From NCBI RefSeq assembly GCF_006345805.1, contig NC_043005.1, positions 76,260,001-76,324,000 of the forward strand: a DNA stretch of 64,000 bases, in the 5' to 3' direction. This DNA comes from Octopus sinensis. Lineage: Eukaryota. Of the stretch, positions 40,107 to 51,596 are shown one piece after another. Position 1 is the stretch's first letter. Every line of letters starts with the position of its first letter. A model generated the notes under the pieces. The model searched no databases and was not told where the DNA came from. It saw nothing but the letters and a program-made list of their open reading frames with translations. The position numbers were made by a program, and so were the translations under genes.

Positions 40107-42466
40107 GTGAAGACATAGCTCTGTGGTTAGCCTACCGGGCTCGCTATCATGTGATAGAGAGTCTAATTCCCGGACCGGGCTCTGTGTTGTGTTCTTGAGC
40201 AATACTATGGTCATCCCTCAAAGCATATGTAATCTGTTTGACTGACCAGGCAGTTCCCGTTGGGCTTCCCAAGAAGAAGAAACACAAGCCCTGGGTGACG
40301 AAGAAGGTTAAACGAGAACGTCGACTCAGAGATATTGCTTGGGCTGAATTCAAAAATCTGGATTCGACTGCAGCTTTTGAGGTGTACAAAACTCAACGAG
40401 ACCGAGCCGTGAAAATTGAAAGAAAGAACGCTTCAGTTATGAATACAAAATCGCGGCAAATGCCAGTAGCAATCCAAAAACCTTCTTTGCCCATGTCCAG
40501 CGGAATTCCCGCTTGAACAACCAGATTGCAACGTTGGTAGACTCAACAGGTGTATCGATTGAGGACCCTTATCAACAGAGTCAATTATTTGCCGAGGCTT
40601 TTTCAACTATTTTCAAACAAGATGATGGTCGTGAACCCCCTCCATTTGATAGATCGGTACCTCCAATGCTTCGATTGGTCATCACGCGGGACGAATTCAA
40701 ACGTGTTATTCAAGCCTCGATGTCAACAAGGGTCACGGCCCTGACGGCATACACCCACGGGTTATCAAAGCGTTGGCTCCGGTCATCTGCGAGCCCTTAA
40801 CACGACTATTCAATATGTCATTGGCGACGGGTGTTATACCTGCAGACTGGAGAACAGCGATAATCTGCCCAATTTTCAAGAAAGGGAGCCGCGAAGACCC
40901 GCTTAACTACCGACCGGTTTCCCTTACACATCAATCAGCAGCAAGATGTTCGAAACCATCCTTAAGAAAAGTATGATGCTCCACCTCCTAAACACAGCCT
41001 CTATCTCTGATTCCCAACACGGCTTCGTGCCGAAGAGATCATGCTTGACCAACTTACTAGTAATGGAAGAATTGGTGACGCGCATCCTCGATGATAGTGA
41101 TGCTGTTGACATCGTTTTATTGGACTTTGCCAAAGCTTTTGACTCGGTAAACCACCGCCTATTACTTGTCAAGCTTCAAGCATATAGTTTCCATCCGGAT
41201 ATTACGATGGGTTGGTGCCTTCCTCTCAGATCGCTCCTTCCAAGTCCAAGTTAATGGTTCGCGGTCCGACGTCTCCAGTGCGAGCAGTGGCGTGCCTCAA
41301 GGTTCAGTGCTTGGGCCCTTGTTGTTCTTAGTCTTCATAAATGACTTACCCGACGACCTCACGCAACACACCCTTCTATTTGCCGACGATATCAAACTGG
41401 TCGCTCCTCGCGGTAATATAGAGGATCTTCGTCGATGCCTCCACCAAATTTGGAAGTGGTCTAACGATTGGGACCTGTGTCTGAACGTGTCAAAGTGCTG
41501 TCATCTGCCTGTCGGCTCTACTCCTGCAACTCAACTTGATTTCGAGCCGGGTCGTCTGCTGCTGGAGAGGACCGATCAGGTAAAGGACCTGGGTATCTTG
41601 GTGGATTCCTCCTTTTCGCCTTCGGCCCAGTGCGTCCATGCTGCCAACAAAGCACGCGGAATTCTGTTCTTGATTCGACGGTCATTCGGAATGCTCACAG
41701 CAGCCATATTCCTACCACTCTATGTCACGCTGGTGAGACCCATACTGGAGTATGGGATTCAAGCCTCTTCTCCTTATCTCCTCAAAGACATACAGCATCT
41801 CGAAAGAGTCCAGAAGCTGGCTACCCGCATGGTTCCTGGTCTCAAAAATTTGTCCTACGAAGAAAGGCTGAGGACGCTCGACCTTTATTCTCTTGAAAAA
41901 CGCCGCCGCCGTGGTGATCTCATTCTCTCCCACAACATCATAAGCGGAAAGTGTAACCTCTCGAAAGAGCTGTTCTTCACTCCTGCTCCAGAGCGTCGGC
42001 TGCGGGGTCATTCCGAAAAGCTCTACCTGCGACGATTTCATCTCAATCGAAGGAGAGGAGCTTTCTCCGTCCGGGTTGCGGATCCGTGGAACAAGCTGCC
42101 AGACGAGATGGTGAAGATGCCGACGACCGCTTTGTTCAAAGCCTCCCTTGACCTCAAGTGGCCTGAACTCTTTACATGAACACCACCCTGTACTTAACTC
42201 CATGTCCCCCTACATGGCCTTGCTATTTGCTTTTGAGCCAAATTAACTAACTAACTAACTAACTTCACATTGCACCAGTTCACTCAGCTGTAGAAATGAG
42301 TTGCGACGTCACTGGTGCCAAGCTGTATCGGCCTTTGCCTTTCCCTTGGATTACACTGGTGGCATGGAGAGGGGAGGCCGGTATGCACAGGCGACTGCTG
42401 GTCTTCCATAAGCAACCTTGCCCGGACTTGCAATCCCATGGTCATTCATGACCGAAGGAGGTCTGT
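40107..42466 (+). mobile_element. SINE (family C head) split into 40107-40206 and 42264-42466 by a LINE insertion
   Basis: GTTCTTGAGCAATACT resumes as TTCACATTGCACCAGTTCACTCAGCTG, continuous with the family C sequence GAGCAAAACACTTCATTTCACGTTGCTCCAGTCCACTCAGC. Confidence 0.8.
40207..42263 (+). mobile_element. CR1-clade LINE, 5'-truncated (no endonuclease), RT with frameshifts, (TAAC)n tail
   Basis: WSSLK..KPW start; GPDG; YRPVSLT; QHGFVPKRSCLTNLL; LDFAKAFDSVNH; QGSVLGPLLF; FADD; ERVQKLATR..SYEERL..L..LEKRR.RGDLI. Confidence 0.93.
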
Positions 42467-42469
42467 ACC

Positions 42470-42503
<34 letters not shown>

Positions 42504-42508
42504 ACTAT

Positions 42509-42542
<34 letters not shown>

Positions 42543-42549
42543 ATATAAA

Positions 42550-42800
42550 ATAATAAATAAATAAATGCGCTCTTTTAAAGTCTAGCCAGGTTCCTGGGCT
42601 CGGTTCCCCGGTTTCTATGGCGTATGTGTTTCCCAGCTGGACAGGACGCCAGTCCATCACAGCATTACTCATTTTTACCAGCTTAGTGGACTGGTGCAAC
42701 GTGAAATGAAGTGTTTTACTGAAGGACACAACGCGTCGCCCGGTCCAGAAACTGAAACCACAATCTTACGATAATGATGCTGACACCCGAACCACTAAGT
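42550..42800 (-). mobile_element. SINE family C
   Basis: Colinear with 8594-8856, with scattered substitutions. Confidence 0.87.
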
Positions 42801-43397
42801 GTATAGTTATTAAAGCAACGACTATTTTCTTTCGCAAAAGCTCGGTTTCTTCTTGTATACGATATGAACTTTGCTGATTACGATAAATATATTTCTGCCT
42901 CCTCACAAGCCTGGAGTACTTCAAGTATTCAGTATGATATTGTCAAATTGTCTCCATATATAGATACACATATCTGTCTGAGTTTCTTTTATGGAAATAA
43001 TAGTTATATCTTGAAAATAACAGTGAAAGTTCTCTTTATATAAGAATAACAATGACAAGCATTCTTAATAATAATCTTAAAAATTGAAGTATACTGTTAA
43101 AATTTGTCGCCACCAAATGTTTGGCACGTTCAGTGGTGTAGACTGCAGTGTGTATGTTGCCATCGATTACATTTTAGTGGTATTGAATATCTGCGGATGA
43201 ATATTCAGTATATAGTATCGCGGCAGAATTATTTGAGAAAGATTTAGATGTTAATTTATATGTGGTATTTACCTGTACATAGTAAGATGGATATCATTTG
43301 AATGTAGTTAATCGCTAATGTATTTGGTTTAGTATAATGTAGATAACGTTTGAGATGTTAGGGACTAAAAATAATTTGACTTATTCTATTTGCTCTG

Positions 43398-43477
<80 letters not shown>

Positions 43478-43478
43478 C

Positions 43479-43525
<47 letters not shown>

Positions 43526-43564
43526 GTTTCATTGTTTATATATCAATATATCTATACATCAATA

Positions 43565-43748
43565 TACGCAGCATGTTAGCTAACTGGGCCAAATGCTTAG
43601 CAACATTTCGACAGTCTTTTGTCCTGAGTTCAAATTCCGCCGAGGTCGACTTTACCTTTCATCCTTTCGGGCCTATAAAGTTGAGCACTTGGGTCGACAT
43701 AATCGACTTCGCCCGACATTGCTGGTCATGAATTAAAAATTTGAGACC
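43565..43748 (+). mobile_element. SINE family A, diverged
   Basis: CTGAGTTCAAATTCCGCCGAGGTCGACTTTACCTTTCATCCTTTCGGG. Confidence 0.75.
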
Positions 43749-43761
43749 TAATATGCATAAG

Positions 43762-43913
43762 TGACTGTGTGGTAAGTAGCTTGATTACCAACCACATGGT
43801 TCCGGGTTCAGTCCCACTGCGTAGCACTTTGGGCAAATGTCTTTTACCATAGCCTCGGACCGACCAAAATCTTGTGAGTGATTTGGTAAACGGAAACTGA
43901 AAGAAGCCCGTCG

Positions 43914-43991
<78 letters not shown>

Positions 43992-44200
43992 TTGTGTGTC
44001 TGTGTTTGTCCTCCCACCATCACTTGACAGCTGATGCTTGTGTGTTTACGTCCCCGTAACCTAGCAGTTCGACAAAAAGAGACGATAGAATAATACTAGG
44101 TTTACGAAGAATAAGTCCTGGGGTCGATTTGGTCGACTAAAGGCGGTGCTCCAGCATGGCCGCAATCAAATTACTGAAACAAATAAAAGAATAAAAGAAT
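43762..44200 (+). mobile_element. SINE family D, full length with internal (TA)n(TG)n
   Basis: Head, microsatellite, then CCACCATCACTTGACA..CCTGGGGTCGATTTGGTCGACTAAAGGCGGTGCTCCAGCATGGCCGC and (AAAAGAAT) tail. Confidence 0.9.
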
Positions 44201-44513
44201 ACATACACACACACACACATACATACATACATACATACATACATACATACATACATACATACATACATACATACATACATACATACATACATACATGCAT
44301 AGATGATTTGGGATAAAGATGAGAAACTGTACATTTGTGGAAATCAGCTACCCAGTGCATGTTTAACATAAAGCTGAAGTTCAGTGAAAAAGAGAATACC
44401 TACGCTGAACTATAGAGAAATCTGCAGTTACTCTATCCAGATTATAAGAGTGTGTGTATATATATATATATTATATATATATATATAATATATATATATA
44501 TAATATATATATA

Positions 44514-44717
44514 TATAATCAAAATAAGCAACAAGGATATCCAGATGTAATGCAGTGCGATCGTTTCATGCGACTCCATTTAATTGAACAATGCATGTAT
44601 TACATCATTACTTGCATTACTTTCATTGTATTACTTGCATTGTTCAATTAAATGGAGTCGCATGAAACGATCGTACTGCATTACCTCTGGATATCCTTGT
44701 TGCTTATTTTGATTATA
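44514..44717. mobile_element. Near-perfect palindrome, MITE/foldback-like
   Basis: ~82-bp arms with 2 mismatches, ~40-bp spacer, TA at the ends. Confidence 0.8.
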
Positions 44718-46430
44718 ATCACCCCATTTGGAATTATATGGATAATACCATATTAAATTCTGGTGCCTTTAACTTAAGTACCATATTCAACTGAATCTAA
44801 ATTTTTACTGAACTTATATGTATATAAATATATACAGCATATTTCATAGTTGACAATTGTATAGTAAAACGCAATCATATATGCAATTTTCGAATATATT
44901 TATGTATGAATATATGTATATTGTATGAACATATCTACACAGAACTAACCCCACTCATATTTATATAAAATATTTACTCAGCTGAAATCAGTTTAAAGTG
45001 GGTTATTTTCATATGTACTCGTGGTACACAATTCAAAATAAAAGTGTAATGATTTATATTACTTTTATAAACATTTTGCCCTCGCGCAATATTTTGATTG
45101 ACGTAGATGTTTATACACACAGAAACACACATGTACATACAAAAAGACATACACGTACACACGTATGTGTGCATATGATAATCTAGCAGGACCCAACCAA
45201 TCGTGGTGAAACTTGTTGGTTTATGCCTCTAGCGTAAACAAGGCTGGTATAGAAAACACAGGAAACGATAACATAGGAAATGATGAATGATCAATAAGGC
45301 TTTATTGATATTAAACAATGCATCAACTATGCTTCGTCCCATATCGAAATTAGAAAATTCCGATAAGATGTCATATGCTATACAGCTCCAGTTCGAAGGC
45401 AAGCAATGTTGCTTATTATACGATAATTAAATCCCTGAATGAAATGAATGGAAGAAGTAGTCAAGCACTAAAAATGTTTCAAAAAGGTATTGAATACATG
45501 TAATGTAACATTAAAAGAGTACGTACGCACCTGTGTGTGTTGTGTGTGTTTGTGTGTGTATGTGTGTGTGTAATTTTGAGTATATAATTATGCATTTGTA
45601 ATAATAAATTGCAGCACGAAATTTTGTCAGTGAACAGGTCGCGGTGTCAAAGCGACGAAAATATTTTGACAAATTAAGTGTCGAAATGAATCTAATGGTT
45701 TTTGTGTGTTTCTTAAATGGCTTATAAACACCTTCCACGCTGAAATTGTTTTCGTTCCTGCACACGATCTTAGATCAGATCACTTGCTATGCAAGTATAT
45801 CTGTTTCATTTCAATTTTTTTATGTCTCACTGCTTTTCTGTCGTTACATTCAACAATCTTTTGGTGAACAGCTATGTGTTTGCATGCTTAGGACAATTTA
45901 CGTAAGATATTCGGTATTATAATTTTGCATGAGCGCAGTGCGGACGTATTAATTTGTAAATATATACGTATCTGCGGCACAACTCACTGCAAGGTTTAAC
46001 AGAGTGTGGGCTGCGAACCCAATGGCCTTCATCAATCGTTTGGTGCAATGTACAGAAGAGGCCTGGCGGTAATCAACGCTAACAGTGATCACACAAGATA
46101 TTGAGTTCATTTCTTTGGATCAAGGAGATATTACGTCATCACGTGACACCATGTGACGTCAAACATGTTTCAGGAAATGACGTTTTATCATTAGGAAAAC
46201 GGTTTCTTAATTAGCACTCTTCAAGCAATGCTATGACAGTCTGTTAATAAACCGGTTTCTATTTAGTATATGTGCGACATTTTTTTTTGTGGTTCAGATT
46301 ATGTGTGTGTATGTGCGTGTGTGTGTGTATATGTATATATTTATGAATATATATGATTATGTGTGTATATGAATATGCTATGTATGCACCTGTGTAGTTT
46401 CTTTTGTATGTGGACGTATACATACACGTA

Positions 46431-46501
<71 letters not shown>

Positions 46502-46639
46502 ATTTGCATAAAAACGCCACCTAGCAGAGTACTCCATCTAATGAGAGTCCAATATGCGTTTCATTATATATGCATTACATGGGTTATTAATAGTTTCACA
46601 TATCTGACAAGTACGTTCATCAGGCGTTGATTATTCGAT

Positions 46640-48950
46640 GAAATCAAGACGTTTAAATTCTTGTGAGTCGTAGAAATATCGATGATATGATAGATTAGAG
46701 TGTTTAGCGAAGAGATTGGCTTTTATTACGTGAAATGGCCACAAACCTAATTTCCACGCTGAACCCACTTGTAGTTTGCTAAATCCGGCCAAATCCGAAA
46801 TAAGATTAGTGGCTAAGAAAATACTGAGAAATGTTAATAATAAAGAAGGAAAATTACTGGCTTCAGACAGTAGAATAATAATTTCACAGCAGTAGATTGG
46901 TTCAGTAGGATTAAAAATAAGGATAAGGCAAAATTCATTAATTTTGATTTTATTGATTTTTTACCCCGCCATCTCTAGTTCACTACTAGACAAAGCTATT
47001 GAATTTGCTAGATCATTGGTCGATATTGGGAGTATAGAATTGGATTTTATTAGACATGCCAGATTAAACATTATTATTTAGCAAAGTGGGAACTTGGGTA
47101 AAAAAAATCAGGTGGCGATGAGTTATTCGAGGTTTCTATGGGATCGTACGACAGCGCCGATATCTGTGATTTGGTCAGCCCTTATATACTAAATATATTG
47201 AAGAGGAGGCCTCCATCTCATGATGTTGGAGTGTACCGCGATGACGGCTTGTTTGTTTCCAACATGTGTGATGGAAATGCACTTGATAAGATCAGAAAGC
47301 GTCTTATCTTTACGTTTAATCCGTTGGGCTTGAGAATCACAGTAGTCACGAACCTTTCAGCGGTCGAATATTTAGATGTTTCATTAAATCTAAATTCCTC
47401 GTCCTATAAGCCTTACCATAAACTCAATGAAAAACTAACATATTTACACAGACAGTCCTACCACCCTCCTGTTATAATAAAAAATCTAGTAGCAAACATT
47501 AGCAAAAGGGTATCTAATCTCTCGTCCTCTAGGGAAATTTTCGAGACGGCTGCCCCATATTATAACATAGCTTTAACTAATAGTGGATTTAAAGAATTGG
47601 TATATAAACCTTCTTCTAATAATAGCATTAATAAGATACATAAAAAATTAATGATAAAGTATCACATTCTTATAACAATTCTATAAGCAGATCAAGAAAA
47701 ATTATTTGGTTTGCCCTTTCTTTTTCCCTGAATGTAAAGACGAATATTGGCAGAAAATTCCTGGCCCTCCTAGATAAACATTTTTTCTGATGCTCATAGA
47801 TACAGGAAAATATTTAACAGAAATTCCGTCAAATTATCATATAGCTGCTGCTTGAGCATAAAAAGTATTATCACCCGCAAGAACCAACAGGAAACTGAAT
47901 CAGGTTGCAATAGTCGCAACGCGGAATCCTGCCCGCTGGACCAGCAGTGTATGACGAAGTCCATTATATACGGAGCAACCCTTAATAGCAGTGACAGAAC
48001 CGATAAAAGAACATACATCGGACTATGGGAAGGAATTAAAAAAAAAAAAAACACTACGCAGCAACAATGGCGTCGTTCCGCCACAGTGAGAAAAGCAAAA
48101 CCACAAAGTTGGCGAGCCACATTTGGGCCATCAAAGAGAAAAATGTACCACATACGATTAAGCGGAGAGGCGCAGATTTTATTTAGATCCGAGATTTCGA
48201 ACTCGATACTGAACTCGAGGTCAGAAATTTTTAGTGGCTGTAAATACATGTTTAAATATGTCTTAAAAACTGGAAAATTCCACCGATTCTCGATTGGTTG
48301 GTCATTTTTTTTTTTACTTTTCTTTATAATGTCTAGGATCTAGGAATATAGATATAGTTTCTTCTTTCATTGTGTCGATTTCTATCTCATATCTAAATCT
48401 GCATTATATTTTTTCCATCCTTTCATATTCTTTTTGCAATTTTTATATATTATAATTATAGAACTTTATAGCAGACACCATAGAGTTTTCCTACTTATAT
48501 TTTTATGCAATTTATGTATGTTTATTTGTGTACTTGTATATAATTATTTTTGCACTTGTATAATCTTTGTATTGTATATAGCTTATGTATTTGTATATAT
48601 TTCTATAGCTTTCGGATAATTTGTAGATCTGTATATGTTTTCAGATTTTATATGTTGACACGTTTATAATTTAATTTAATTTTATAATTTTTATTATTTA
48701 TAACTTTATCATTTTACTTTATCTTTTTATGTTTGTTTCGATTTAAATTCATCTGAATGCTCTGCATCGGTTCAATTTGGTAGCTCAGCAATAGTGGAAT
48801 CTTCCATTAAATATGGTTGGCTTTAAGATCGCCTCTCACCCGGTCCTCCATTTAAACTTCCTAATTTCATAGAATAATAAGCGCCTGATGAATGTACTTG
48901 CCATGCACGTGAAACTATTAGTAGCACGTGTAATGCATGTGGAGTGAAAC
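46640..48950 (+). mobile_element. Degenerate Penelope-like element 2: RT, Cys-rich linker, GIY-YIG, AT-rich 3' region
   Basis: AFIT..HKPNF..PTC.LLNPAKSEI; FDF.DFYPAI; MGSYDSADICDLV; GVYRDDGL; EYLDVSLNL; YHPP; CN.RN..SCPL..QC; IIY..YIG. Confidence 0.9.
48881..48927 (+). ncRNA. Decayed minimal type I hammerhead at the 3' end of PLE 2
   Basis: GCGC-CTGATGA-ATGTAC(TTGCCAT)GCACGT-GAAAC-TATTA-GTA-GCAC; stems I and II each have a mismatch; stem III is near-palindromic ACTATTAGT. Confidence 0.55.
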
Positions 48951-48976
48951 GCATATATACATATATATATATATAT

Positions 48977-49255
48977 ATAATTTCTTTATTTATGAATTAA
49001 GGCTACCATTGGTTTCATATTAAGAAGAGTAGGAAAACATCCAAGTATCTTAACAATTTTTCAAACCGGTCATTTTGGAAAACAAACTAGTTTCGTTCTC
49101 GGGATTACTCGTGAACGAAACGAGATCGCTTTCTAAAATGGGGGCGAACACCTATCCCCATATGACCAGCTTGAAAAATTAAGATACTTGGATATTTTCC
49201 TACTTTTCTTAACGCGAAACCAGTGGTAGCCTTAATTCATAAATAAAGAGATTAT
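48977..49255. mobile_element. MITE-like element with ~95-bp imperfect terminal inverted repeats
   Basis: CTTTATTTATGAATTAAGGCTACCA.. matches ..TGGTAGCCTTAATTCATAAATAAAG; internal hairpin TTTCGTTC/GAACGAAA. Confidence 0.8.
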
Positions 49256-49899
49256 TTATCTACCAATGCGGTGGTGAGCACTCAATGTAACGTTCTACAT
49301 TTGCGTATATATATATATATATATATATTCATGTATTACGTAGTATCTAGGTAGGTTGGTATTATCCATGCAACGATAGAAGCAGTAATCAATTAATAAA
49401 AAAGAGCGCATATATACCTTCATACCTGAGAAGCTACATTACTAGCTGGGGTAGGGTGGGACGAAAGTTTTTATCAAAACACTCTCATCGAACTTTGTTA
49501 TGTATGATGTATTTGTGCAATGCTCTCAGCTGTTGCTTCACTTATGATGCTCCTCTTCAATAACGATCACACACACACACACACACCACACACACACTCA
49601 CACATACACACATACACAAACATACACACACAGACTATAATTAGGTTCTCAATGAAGAACAGTCAAGTAATATTAATATACAATAAAACACAAACAACAA
49701 AACAACCCCAAACCAAGAACTAAGAACCTTCCAGAAATTAAGGACACCTGAGCACAACGATAATACAAGATATAAAAGATTCATAGACAACTAACATGTC
49801 AAAAATATATTCCATTCATCTGCTGCCTAACAAATATCATCATGCTTTTGACACCTGGGTAATATCATTCTTTCCGACGCTTTAACAATATTTAAAACA

Positions 49900-50460
49900 G
49901 AAACGCTCTCTGTGAATGAAAAGACATGTAGCAAGAATCTAAATATTAGAGTAGAGGTTACCGTCTAGTTCAGATAGGCTTCGAGCACTTTCAATGCTTT
50001 TGGGAAATCGTACAATCACACAAAAAAAGAGAAAGTAAATGGGAAGAGCTGTCACGACAATATGATGTGAACAAAATTACCGATAAAGACCGAGCTAGAA
50101 ATTTCGAAAAATGTATAGGAGATGGTTTCGCAGATTTGCTCTAGCACGAAATAGATGACATTGATGATGTAAAAGCATCTTTCAAAGACACAGCAAACAC
50201 AAAATAATAAAAGAAACCTTTGGCATTGAAAGCAAGTGAAGAGTCTACAATCAGAAATAGAGACAGTCTTTCAACAAAGGCGAAAAGCTAGAATAGAAAA
50301 TGTTGAACAACGCAGACGATGTTATCAAAGGCGAACGATACAAAAGACTGAACAAAGCAGACAACACATCGGTCAAAATACAAAAGAACAAGAACCTACG
50401 AAACAAAATAAAACGTCGTCTGGCTTCAAAAACAACAATAGCTACAACCTTTTACCAGAG
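49900..50460 (+). mobile_element. Heavily decayed LINE (RTE-like) endonuclease-RT linker remnant
   Basis: Broken frames with YDVNK.. and ERYKRLNK..V patterns; weak. Confidence 0.3.
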
Positions 50461-50515
50461 AATCCGTGTAACGGAGGAAAAGTGCTCAAAAGTGTATACA
50501 TATACATATATATAT

Positions 50516-50564
<49 letters not shown>

Positions 50565-50944
50565 CTATCCACGCACATACATACATGCATACATACATGT
50601 GTATATATATATATATATATATATATTACATACATACATACTTACATACATACATGCATACATACATACATATATACACAGACACACACACACATATACA
50701 TACACACAAATATATGCACATAAATATATGCATAAGAACGTATGTATATATATATGTATATTCACATTTCTATATATATATGTATATTCACATTTCTATA
50801 TATATTAATACGTATATATTTTTGTATGTGTAAGTGCATAACATTGCACACATACATATATGTATGTATATATGTGTGTATGTATTTATGTATGTACAGG
50901 CTTACATATATATGTATGTGTATGTATGCATGTATATATATATC

Positions 50945-51017
<73 letters not shown>

Positions 51018-51149
51018 TATATATATATAATATATATATATATACATCTATTACGTTTATGCTGGAAAGATACTTCTCATGGAAACAAAACAACACTTCA
51101 TGTGTAAAAGCTATGTTTGAAGAGGAATTGAAAGGAAATTGAAAACAAC

Positions 51150-51300
51150 TCCAGAAACATAAATATTCAATAAAATCCAAACGAAAACAACGTTACCAAT
51201 CCAAGAGGACTGACATTGGGAATATCTCGTTCTTCAATCTATTCGGCAGTGTGATATGAAAGTTAGACCATATTTTCCGAAGATACACTGTACATATTAT
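51150..51300 (+). mobile_element. Possible Tc1/mariner transposase HTH remnant
   Basis: One frame reads RGLTLGISRSSIY; very short. Confidence 0.25.
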
Positions 51301-51484
51301 ACCGACATTCAGAGATACAAACATGCAACACCCACACACATATGTATACATACATACATGCATACATACATACATACATACGTACGTACATACATACATA
51401 CGTACATACATACGTAAGTACATACATACATATATACATATATATGTATATATTCTATATATATGCAATATATTTATATGTATG

Positions 51485-51574
<90 letters not shown>

Positions 51575-51596
51575 TATATATACATATATATACATA

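Noticed and set aside
41712-42203. Antisense ORFs over LINE RT regions (also 28010-30323)
   Set aside because: Shadow frames of GC-rich retroelement coding sequence.
45600-46200. Repeat-like non-coding segment
   Set aside because: No second copy, termini or motif within the window to support a call.
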